Source: Paraphysomonas bandaiensis (taxonomy: Eukaryota > Protista > Chrysophyceae). From it: DNA of 16,883 bases. How positions within the stretch are numbered: position 1 is the stretch's first letter; every line of letters starts with the position of its first letter. Made by a program: the position numbers and the translations under genes. Of the stretch, positions 1-9,502 are shown one piece after another. The stretch covers positions 1 to 16,883 of the forward strand of contig CBFFRP010000583.1 of NCBI GenBank assembly GCA_965644295.1. Direction: 5' to 3'. The notes beneath the pieces were generated by a model. The model saw only the letters and a program-made list of their open reading frames with translations. It was not told where the DNA came from and did not search any database.

Positions 1-11
1 AACACTCAATT

Positions 12-472
12 GAGGGGGAGTGTTGAGATCTGAAGATTCTATATACTTGCAATTGAGTGCAGTATTATGTGAGATGCAAGGATCGAAAGATATATATGTA
101 ATTAGTACATTATATTATGTAGTATGAAACTGAAGTAGAAGTGGATGACTATACAGGATACGATCACTGAGTGGGTGGTTTGTACACTATAGTAGTAAAT
201 GAATGGTGTTGAACACATCGAACACAACTTAGGTTCTTTATCATGTAATGTTTATAATTTCATCTTATCAGTTGAGAATAGTAAACCTTAGCAAATAATG
301 TCAACTTCTGTTAATGAGTGATAAATTCTAATGAAGTAGCAACCAGACATTCTTATATGAGTGATAATATACAAGATATTGATAATATGAATTAAAATAT
401 TCAGTAAAATTAGGAGGAATGTGTCTGGGAATACCGACGATTAAGGACAATGTAAGTTGCTGACACTCAACT
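12..472 (+). mobile_element. Polypurine tract and start of a 3' LTR of a Copia-like LTR retrotransposon (right boundary uncertain)
   Basis: GAGGGGGAG (12-20) directly followed by TGTTGAG at 21 is the classic PPT/LTR junction. A TATA-like TATATATG lies near 91. The only candidate end is the imperfect ACTCAACT at 465-472. Confidence 0.55.
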
Positions 473-1620
473 TCAACCTCAAGAAAGGCAAATGCAACTA
501 TTTTATATTAAATTATAATCTTATCCCATTTTTTAAATTTTTATGTGGCGAATATCAATAAAGGGTGAAAGATGTTAATTATGATTTTACTAATTGATTG
601 TTGAGTATGTTCAACGTTCAATTATTTAAGTTTACCCATCCCAAATGTCAAAGGTATTGCCCCGACCTTAAGTAAGAGAGGGTTCCTTATGCTGATTGAG
701 TTATGGTTCTGTACTTACGTGTACAAAGTCGGACTCGCCGTATACTCGAAGTGTATGTCGCTAAGTTATTCTATCGTTGGGTAGAAGCAGAATAACTGGG
801 CACATGTAATAAGAAGCTATACAACTCGGGCAGAGCAACATCAGCTGGCCTCTACACTACCATATATATGTCAATCAATCAATAGTGGTAGTATTATACA
901 AGCGGTAGATAATGATTCTTTCTAGAAAGTAAAAACGTGCTTCTATTACAACTTATAGGATTATAGTTAATAATTTTCGTGGTATATCTGAATGTAAGAC
1001 AACATTAATAACTGTATAATTCATTTACTTAAAAGTCGTAGAATAAGTACTGCTGACTGTGTGTAGCACCTGACGTCTCATCTTCAGACTTGGAGATTTT
1101 TTTTCAAGACTGTCCTCTACTATGTATTACCTTCCCATTCTTGTGGCGCCTCTCCAATTCTCTTCCATAAATCTCGGTTATTCTTTCTCTGTCAAGTTTA
1201 ATACAGGTTATAAAGTATTATGCGGTCTTGCCAAATGAACTTACATTATGCAATATCTAAATATTTACTCACAGGTATTCATATCGATTGTAAATTATAG
1301 GTTGACTGATGCAGTCAATCAATGTAGCACGTCGCAATGACTGATAAGATGATGCGTTCATCAAATTTTAAAATTGATTGAGAGTTGTGCTTACTGAGTT
1401 TAGATATTGTACTAATTCAAGGGTTAATAATGTCAATTTCTCACACTATTAGCATGCCCTCGGACTCGCACCTCTTCGTGGTGTTCTGGGAGTACCGGAG
1501 ATATTTCTCCGGGAAACTACAGTGAGCCGCAAACATAGTCAGCAGATATTGTTCTGCCCGCTCATAGCCTAATGCTTGTGTGGTACAGGGAACACTAATA
1601 AGTGTTTTTTTGGGCTTTGA

Positions 1621-1935
1621 TATATAAACAGGCATCCTGGAATGGACCCACCTAAAGGACATCCGGGGTATTTGGCTGCCTGCTGAAGTCAAGAATCCGG
1701 GAATGGACCCACCACCTGAAGAGCATCCGGGGCATTGGGCTTCCAGCTGAAGTCAAGCACCCGAGCTGTGTACCTTAAGGACAGAGAGCGAAAGTGGTTG
1801 CACCGTGGTGCTTGCTGTGACACACAAGCAGCTTTCGTAGATAATAGATAATAGAGTTAAGCACTAGTTAGTTGAATTGCTTTGCTATATTAGTTCTGAC
1901 TCTTGCACGCCTATTGCTAATAATCGGACATTCAC
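1621..1935 (+). mobile_element. Dispersed LTR-like repeat, copy 1 (subfamily A)
   Basis: TATATAAAC, then a GC-rich block shared with 7213-7307, the conserved core at 1788-1838, and a shared 3' end CCTATTGCTAATAATCGGACATTCAC. The 5' boundary is uncertain. Confidence 0.65.
1632..1756 (+). repeat. Imperfect tandem duplication, units 1632-1692 and 1693-1756
   Basis: Both units read G(C/A)ATCC(T/G)GGAATGGACCCACC...CATCCGGGG...GCTGAAGTCAA. Copy 4 has a single unit. Confidence 0.85.
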
Positions 1936-2012
1936 TAACACTTTTAGCCTTCTTTAGTCAGAGAAATCGGTATAAATCACTGTAAAATTACTGTATGATT
2001 ACCTAACAATGT

Positions 2013-2456
2013 CTAGTTGACGTGTACTCCAAAAAATGCAAAAATATATGATGAGCATCTCTGCTTACGTTCCCACAATACATCCCTATCTTGACGATAT
2101 GCCTGGTAAATACTCATTCTCCGCTGCAATTGCATGAATTGTTCAAGATCATAAACATTATCGCTCAAGTACATGTATAACGCGTTCGCTTCAGAGTCCG
2201 AACTTGCTAATCCGTAACTGTCTTCCATTGTGCGGTCTCGTAGCCAGCAGTAGGACCGATCCCCTTCGATCGCGGCCTCACTTATCCAGGAGGTGAACGG
2301 CTTGTGGGTATCATCTGTAGACAAAACCTGTATGTAGCCGTTGGGATGGTTCACAGCTGAACTTATATATATCTCCGAAGGATCTGTGAGCACATGATCA
2401 CTCATATCTACATGACAACATTTTACGCACCAAAGAGGATATACATGAAAAATCAC
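2013..2456 (-). CDS. Uncharacterised 147-codon open frame; possibly an exon or remnant, perhaps the downstream part of the decayed gene at 2620-3400
   Basis: A long open frame in AT-rich DNA with protein-like composition. No ATG at its start and no recognised domain. Confidence 0.35.
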   Translation of the reverse strand: MIFHVYPLWCVKCCHVDMSDHVLTDPSEIYISSAVNHPNGYIQVLSTDDTHKPFTSWISEAAIEGDRSYCWLRDRTMEDSYGLASSDSEANALYMYLSDNVYDLEQFMQLQRRMSIYQAYRQDRDVLWERKQRCSSYIFAFFGVHVN

Positions 2457-2565
2457 TTCGATTTACACATCATATATCCAAACTAACGCATACACTTGTC
2501 TTCTTCTGACCATTGTCTCACTGACACGTAAGGCCGATTCTTTCCTGAGTCGTCCACGCCTTATC

Positions 2566-2607
2566 CAACCATAACATATTCAGATGCAACCATAACATAT
2601 TCAGATG
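2566..2607. repeat. Perfect 21-bp tandem duplication
   Basis: CAACCATAACATATTCAGATG occurs twice in tandem. Confidence 0.95.
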
Positions 2608-2619
2608 AATTAGCCTGCG

Positions 2620-3400
2620 CGAGAGCAAACACTCTAGAGATTGTATCGCCCGTAGGTTTCAGTGTGGAGCTTGTGAGAGTTGGATTTCCTGATGGTTCTG
2701 GTAGTATAACATCAAATTGATGACAACAACCTTATTGAAAATGTATTTCCCACGTCAATGAAGAGAGCTGGGTCTCGATCGGTAGCAGCATGGTCTTAAA
2801 AATGCAACACCAATAATTACGATTTTTCGACCGTACCTGACTGACAGAAAGTATTTTCGTCACTATCGAAACACTTTGTGATGGGATATACACGTATATC
2901 GCTTCCATCACTCGAGTCATATATATTAATTTCCATAAGATTGATGACATCTTGCTCAGTATTAAAATCCATCAAAACAATTCCATAGCCAGTATTGACG
3001 TCATAAAAAGTGCAGTCTAGGGAAGTAAAATCAGACGTGCTCATCCACGTAATATCACCGTCCACTAGAGCCTTAATAGCTTCCCCTAAAATTCGTTATT
3101 CGTCTCCAAAGTTGTTAATCATCACAATTCTGTCAAAATAAGATGTCCTATTAATGGAGAGGGTTGGATTCGGATCTGATCCATTTGCGCATGGTCATTA
3201 CAATGAATGCTTTCAATAACCAGCTACCAAACACTATACCTGACTGACAGAATGTAGATATGTTGTCATCGAAACACAGAGAATCGGGAAAGTGTGTACT
3301 CGATAGCGCATAAGATGTGGGCATTACACTCTGCTCGCCATTATAAATATATATATCGGATAAAGATATCAAACACTGCCCTTCAACGGACTGTACATTG
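2620..3400 (-). pseudogene. Decayed extracellular protein gene with two discoidin/F5/8-type-C-like repeats and a P/S/T linker
   Basis: Repeat 1 is ISLSDIYIY...CFDDNISTFCQSG...DPNPTLSI...FDRIVMIN..*RILG. Repeat 2 is INLMEINIY...CFDSDENTFCQSG...DRDPALFIDVG../FNKVVVIN, followed by EPSGNPTL. Both are interrupted by stops and frameshifts. The domain name is inferred from motif resemblance. Confidence 0.55.
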
Positions 3401-4043
3401 TTACAATGTCAATGAGAATGGAGTAATAGACTGCTCTGGCCAGTGGAGCGAATTAATAAATCAGCACTAATGGCCTCGTGAGCCACATGGTCAATGCGTA
3501 ATAAGCGGACAGAAAGAAATAACTTCAAAGGAATTGCTGTGTAGTCTACATGATAATATGGACCCTTGTCTATAAATCTACCTACAGCAGTATGTACAGC
3601 AGTGTTTGTAGATCTTGACTGAGCCGAAATCTAGTGGCACATGCAAAAATTACAGATATGACAAAATAAAACCCGTAATTGTAGAAAAATGCATTTGAAA
3701 AGTATAAAACCAGAAGAAATAGGAAAATCAACCTGAAAAGCATAAATTTTAGTAATATTGCTCGTGCTCCTGATTTGAATCCTTTGTTTTACCTAAGGCA
3801 CGTCGGACATTCGCCTTTTTTATGGTGTCGAAAAAACAATGCTATACCATACACGAGTGTGGAATTGCTACGGTGTATGACATGTGCGGGACTTCTGTGA
3901 ATGATGGGCTGCAACAGGATACATTTATAAATTTGATATCGGTGTATTGGAGATAGTTTGGAAAGTGAACAAGACTTCTAAGTTCAAATTCACACACCTT
4001 TATTTGTCAAGTGATAAAATAATTGGAACATAGTTAGAGAACA

Positions 4044-4861
4044 ATGATGAATATATTTCGCCTTACCGGGGACATGTTTCATGTTATCAGCATTCTGCTG
4101 CTGATCGTACGGTTGAACGTGACCAAGAATGCTATTGGCATTTCCATAAAAACACAGGAATTATATCTTCTTGTGTTTGTATGCAGATATTTGGATCTCT
4201 TCTTCACCTATTATTCATTGTACAATTCTGTGATGAAAGTCTTATATATATCATCCACAGCGTATGTCATATACATGGTATACATGACTGAGCCATTTAA
4301 GACAAGTTATGATAAAAGTCATGATTCATTTCTTCACTGGTACTTCGCGGTTGCACCGTGCGCGATACTGGCACTCATAACGGTGATAATTCAGGGATTT
4401 GATTTGTTTGAGGTCCGATATTGTCGTCGTTTGAAGAATGTTTTCCTTATATGTGTATGCAGCTTTTCTGGACATTTTCAATATATCTTGAGGCCCTAGC
4501 CATCGTGCCCCAGCTGATCGTTTTGCAGCGTTACAGAGAGGTCGAGAATTTGACCGCCCACTATGTATTTTTTCTGGGGGCTTACCGCGCATTGTACATC
4601 GTGAACTGGGTCTATCGGTCGTACCACGAGCCTTACTACAAACACAACTATGTCGTGTACGCGTGCGCAATCGTACAGACATGCCTTTACTTGGACTTTT
4701 TCTACTACTACATTCTGAGGTAAAGCTATTGTCGTTGTGTCAATCTTTCACGAATATGACTCATGCGTTCTAAATTACTACTGTTGTGGTGCTTGTTGAT
4801 AACTCTTTTTTGTATTGCATGTAGTAAGTACCGAGGTGGAAAATTTTCTCTCCCAAGTTAA
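4044..4861 (+). CDS. ERD2: ER lumen protein-retaining (KDEL/HDEL) receptor; exons 4044-4412, 4463-4719, 4825-4861; 220 aa
   Basis: Family motifs MNIFRLxGDxxH, GISxKTQELYLLVFxxRYLDLF, WTFSIYLEALAIVPQL, ENLTAHYVFFLGAYRALYIVNW and VQTxLYxDFFYYY. GT-AG introns at 4413-4462 (50 nt, phase 0) and 4720-4824 (105 nt, phase 2) join the frames and give the typical C-terminus SKYRGGKFSLPS*. Confidence 0.97.
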
Positions 4862-5327
4862 GAGTGCCACTGTGGACCTGTCATTTCTTGTCTACGATTC
4901 TTGGAAATCGATTGACTGCACTACTTTAAACTCGAAGACTTCACTCATAGTTAGGTAGATCAACAACCATTTGTACGATTTAGCTATGGCTAGATTATTA
5001 GTCAGTGTGTTTGATTCGAAGGTGTTGAGTATTTCAAGTGAGCGGAAATTAATAATCTTTATCTCGCTCTTTGTGAACTGTGCCAATTCCAACAACTCAA
5101 GAACATCCACCGACTGGTGCACTACAAGTTAAGGTTTACCATCGTTGAGCCGAATGAGATTGTGCCCACAAATGGCATCTGATAAGGGAATTATAATTGC
5201 TGGTGATATGATTCCTTACTATTCAGTGCTTCCAGAATGTTCGACAGGACTAATTCTCGTCAACTAGTTAGTTGTCAGTTGTCAGTGGCATTTGTTATAC
5301 ATAATCTTATTTTATTAATCACAAAAC

Positions 5328-5563
5328 CAGGGATAGGGAACAATATATTGTATTGCAATACATTGTACAGTATATTGCAATATATTGTGAAATATATCGA
5401 TTGGTGGACTGGTCAAATATTCCATCAATAGTGTTTCTGTTAAAAGAGCTCACAATACTATAGCAATATATTGCAATTTTCAATCAATATTAAAAAATCC
5501 ATCAATACTATTGATGGAACGCTATCTAACAATAGTATTGCAATATATTGTTCCCTATCCCTG
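5328..5563. mobile_element. Non-autonomous hAT-superfamily DNA transposon (MITE), 236 bp
   Basis: Perfect 23-bp TIRs CAGGGATAGGGAACAATATATTG / CAATATATTGTTCCCTATCCCTG. Perfect 8-bp TSD CACAAAAC at 5320-5327 and 5564-5571. Repeated subterminal TATTGCAAT motifs. An 8-bp TSD with CAGGG ends is typical of hAT. Confidence 0.93.
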
Positions 5564-5926
5564 CACAAAACTACTATTCTTCCCTATCAGTAAAGAAAAT
5601 CAAAACTTACGCTCTACAAATTCCCCTGTTAGAATAAAAACACTCATGTTGTTATCCTGGGTAGAATCAGCTAATCAGCTGACTTCTGGTAATATATATA
5701 AATAGTTGTCTATTGCCTAACATAGAGAATAGACAGTAATTAACATTTCACACAGACTTTATATTTATTACATATAGTTCTTTGCACAGAGTCTTGTAAA
5801 AATTGGTAATTATGATAATCATTCTTTTGTATATATCTCAACAATTTCAACATTTTCTTATTATTGGTATCTCGTATATCTCGTATCTCGGAAGTAGAGT
5901 TAAGTTTTTTAATTTCTCGATAATAA

Positions 5927-6172
5927 TGTGACGGTGCTGCAGCTTCACTACGCAACTTAACTACTTTAATGCAAACGGAAGTGGTTGCACTTGAATGCTT
6001 GCGGCGACGAACAAGCAGATTTCGTAAGTTATATAGTAGGATATGAGAATTCGTTCTTGTTAGTTGCAGGTAAAGGTCTATCTAGCTTTTGACTAGTTTT
6101 CATATAAGAATGCCTGAGACTAGTTTTCATCTAGCTACTTCTCCGGTGCTGATTGTTAACAGGACTTTCACA
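5927..6172 (+). mobile_element. Dispersed LTR-like repeat, copy 2 (subfamily B)
   Basis: Begins TGTGACG and ends TTTCACA (TGTGA...TCACA LTR-like termini). Core at 5975-6025. No TSD seen. Confidence 0.6.
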
Positions 6173-6314
6173 TATATAACTACATATGTTGAATTCTACT
6201 GTGCATGATGTGATATACTTGCGCAATAGAGAAGTCAGTATAGTGTGGAGTAAAAGTAAAACCAAGTCAGAGGGTGTATATTTGTGTAGGTATAGTCCTC
6301 AAGAACTTTCATTA

Positions 6315-6821
6315 TTATATATACGTGCCACTCAAACACATAGGACCATAGCACCGGACCGCATGAAACCATCAGGCCCTTGACAGCGGCGACACAGTCT
6401 CCGGCAACTTCACATATGCCTGACGCCCAGGCGGTGCACGGCGACACCGCCACATTCCACCACATCATCCACTTCTCAGCACACACATCTAGTGCTCGGT
6501 ACACTCAGGACCTTAATGCAGAACCCTGTACCTCAGAGCCTGGTGGAACCTTCTCCCAAGGGGAGACCCCCGGACAACACGCGCCAGTGAGTCCTAGGAC
6601 ACACGATCAAGGCGCAACTCACACTCAACATTAAGAACGGAAGTGGTCGCACCTTGGTGATTGCGGCGACGCACAAGCAGCTTCTGTAGCGCTAAATAGT
6701 AGGATAATAGAATTTGTGCTGATTAGTTATGGGTAGAGGTCTAACAAGTATGTCTAGCATTCAACTAGCCACTATATTGGCACGAGTTTTTAGCGCCTAT
6801 TGCTAAATAACAAGACTTTCA
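6315..6821 (+). mobile_element. Dispersed LTR-like repeat, copy 3 (subfamily B)
   Basis: TATATATAC near 6315, a C/A-rich segment, the core at 6637-6687 preceded by CGCAACT as in copy 2, and 3' end CCTATTGCTAAATAACAAGACTTTCA. The 5' boundary is uncertain. Confidence 0.6.
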
Positions 6822-7189
6822 ATAAATTATATACGTATCTTGAAATGAAGTAGAGTGTTGCAGCAGCATATACCAGCAAGCTACATAAAAATTGTCACTT
6901 AATTGGCGCAGGCTGTAGTCAATTATATTTGCAATTACTACTATCTGTCCAAATAATTTCATTAGTAAACTACGTACATATATATATATAGCTACACATT
7001 AGCCGCCAACATATAGCTTGTTGCCTAACTCCCATTTCATCCCAGAGGCGACGATTCATGCGTAAAACCAATAGCAGCTCTAAATGCCGAGGCATCATAC
7101 TCATGAGATAGGGAGTTCACACCCTAATCGATAGAAGTCATAACAATCTTAGTTCTACTGTCAGAATAATCACTTTCAACCTTATTGAT

Positions 7190-7523
7190 TGTGACATGCA
7201 AGTGCTTTATGGATAAACAAGCATCCAGAAATGGGCCCACCTCAAGGGCATCTGGGGCATTACGCAGTCTGCTGAAGTCCAGCATCCGGGCTGTTCACCT
7301 TAAGGACTCAAAAATCCTGAAGTCAGCAGGTGTCAGGTATATCAACATTCTGCTTGCCTGCTTTTGCTTTGAGTGAAAGAGCGAAAGTGGTTGCACTTGG
7401 TGCTTGCAGCGACGCACAACTTAAATAGTAGAATATTACAGTTAAGTACTAATTAGTAGTTAAATTGCAATACTAAATTTGTTCTGGCTCTTACACACCT
7501 ATTACTAATAATAAGACATTCAC
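7190..7523 (+). mobile_element. Dispersed LTR-like repeat, copy 4 (subfamily A)
   Basis: TGTGAC at 7190. Positions 7213-7307 align to copy 1. The core at 7381-7419 has its 3' strand deleted. 3' end CCTATTACTAATAATAAGACATTCAC. Confidence 0.6.
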
Positions 7524-7754
7524 TCCTAGCTTATCACTTATTGTGTTGACCAATAAATGAATAGTGAGATAAGGCTATAGTGGATTTCATTGTCTTCTAA
7601 CTTTATCTTATAAACATTGGATTTTCAAAGCAAAAATATCTGTTAACAGCATGCAGTCATCATCAGCAGGTTTGATGATGTAGTGTATCGCTATTTGTTA
7701 AAACAATTTCGATGCTTAAAGATGACTATTCACTATTCATCATCATGAATGACG

Positions 7755-7963
7755 TAGGGCTGCTTCTGCCGTTGTCTGAAACTTTCTGGTAGACGTCCAT
7801 GGGTATAATCCATCTCTCAGTTCAGTTTGAAAGCCCTTGGGCGAGTTTGAGCATTTGATAAGGTTACCAATATATGCAGTAACTAATACACGTATTGCAA
7901 TTGTTATTTACTATGTCAATTTCAATTATTGCAATTTCATTTATTAATTGTTAAGCAGCCCTG
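7755..7963. mobile_element. Possible degenerate hAT-like element
   Basis: TAGGGCTGCTT...AAGCAGCCCTG (10/11 inverted match). TATTGCAAT occurs twice near the right end, as in the MITE at 5328. No TSD. Confidence 0.35.
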
Positions 7964-8247
7964 AGCAATACACACACGCAGCATATGTAATAAACAAGAT
8001 AATATACCCCTAAGTAAGAAGCTTAAAATAAAATATATCGTTTGTCCATTACGCGTGTCAACACTCCAGTTTAAGCGAAGTATAATTCTTTGACAGTTAG
8101 GGTTGCGCACCACATCATTAGGAATACACCGGTAATGATCTTATGTGAAAGAAACACAAACGATTTAAGTAACTCTCCACTCGTACAGAACACACATATT
8201 GGAAAACTCTAACTACTCGTCCTATTCTACACTTTAATAATTCGATG

Positions 8248-9502
8248 TCAACGTATTCTCCGAGAAGATTCTTTACGCTTTAGCGCCACTACCTGGGCCG
8301 ACTTGGTGCGAGGTGGTGCTGGTGACTTTTTCTTACTACTAAGTGATGGAGGCGGAGGGGGACCAGCTGACTGTGGTCTTGCCCTGTTGCTCCTACTATT
8401 TCTTGGGGTTGTGTTAGCGGGTGCACGTGGCGGTCGACCGGAGCTTTTCCGGCGAGGCATGGTTTGCCTATGTGTGAGAGAGGCAGGACTATCAAAACCA
8501 GCTGGAGCAGATCGAATAGATGACGAAGAGATCACAGAGTGGTTGTCCACGGTCCCAAGAGAACTCTGAAGATGGTATCCATATTCGGTAGAAGGAGAGT
8601 GGGCTGGTTTTCCCAATCTAGGCGAGCGTTTTGAGGACTCTGTATGGTGGCCCCTACGCATAAGCAAAGCACAGTATAAGAAAAAGTATGTACATGCGCA
8701 ACAAATGCATGCTTACCATGCAACTCTGTTGCTAGCGGTGGTAGGCGTTGATGTGTGCTTCGTATGGGGGCGTTGTGGAGTTCCCACAGCCATGCTCTGT
8801 CGCGACATGTTGCTTGAGTCCACCACAGCCTGGGAGTGCTGCAGTAGATGAATCAGCTCCTTTTGTTGCCGACGTATCTTTTCGGAAGACTCAAGAGAAA
8901 TTTTGAGAGAATCATTATCCTGTGTGCGTATTAACCGACATCAGAGTTTGCAATTCACTAGTCCTGTCTTTACTGCAGGCCAGGTCACTCACCTGTTGCA
9001 AGTGCTCACAGAGCGACTTCAATCTACCAAGATCCTGACACGAATTCTTTAGTTCTTCGTTTTCTCTTTTCAGCTGGTGAAAGTAAAGTAAAATACACAT
9101 AAATTCAAAATTTCTGAGAACCTGCTCCAGCTTATAGTGGAGGTCGTCTTTTTCTCTCGTTAGGTTTCTGATCTCTTTTTGAAGTCGAGCCAATTGTCCC
9201 TTGGAGTTTCCTGTTGAATTGTAGTCACTCGTCGCTGATGGGGAGCTTCGTTTATCAGCAACCTAAAATGCATTATTTAGCAGCCGGTGAAATGCATAAC
9301 AACCTTGACATCTTCTTTGCTGTTAGTGTATTCATGACCGCTTCTTGAGGCTAAAATACAATTAACAGTTATATAAATGGTATGGGTTAGTGCTACCTCT
9401 AGAAGAAGTCAAAGGAATGGAAAGTTTCTGAGACAGATGACCGATGTCTTCTTGCAGAGCTCGCAGTTGCTCCTCAAAGTGCTCTCGCTTTGATTTCGAC
9501 AT
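8248..9502 (-). CDS. Hypothetical coiled-coil protein with Ser/Pro/Arg-rich basic disordered C-terminus; exons 9502-9397, 9350-9304, 9262-9122, 9073-8993, 8919-8717, 8653-8248; 327 aa
   Basis: Five GT-AG introns (46, 41, 48, 73, 63 nt) splice into one 984-nt open frame: MSKSKREHFEEQLRALQEDI...LARLQKEIRNLTREKDDLHYKLEQLKRENEELKN...SLKISLESSEKIRRQQKELIHLLQ...SSRRIR*. The central part has a heptad-like pattern. Confidence 0.85.

Noticed and set aside
1040-1330. Exon-like minus-strand fragments (DRERITEIYGRELERRHKNGK followed by a GT donor)
   Set aside because: They could not be assembled into a consistent gene.
3592-3603. ATGTACAGCAGT shared with 11957-11968, upstream of two genes
   Set aside because: Exact 12-mer pairs are expected by chance in 13 kb of AT-rich DNA.
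4892-5270. Minus-strand 76-aa ORF convergent on ERD2
   Set aside because: It has no ATG start, an in-frame stop just upstream, and no splice model or motif. At most it is a remnant.
6856-7011. TGTTG...CAACA segment flanked by TAGAG/TATAG as a short solo LTR
   Set aside because: The TSD is mismatched, 5-bp termini are common by chance, and there is no second copy.
1632-7523. CRISPR-like or guide-array interpretation of the repeats
   Set aside because: Spacing is irregular (hundreds to thousands of nt), the copies are diverged, and no nuclease, Fanzor or Cas-like ORF is visible in the window.
8303-8569. Plus-strand ORF with a hydrophobic stretch, also ORFs 4326-4682(-) and 11525-11737(+)
   Set aside because: These are antisense shadows of coding or coding-like sequence on the other strand.
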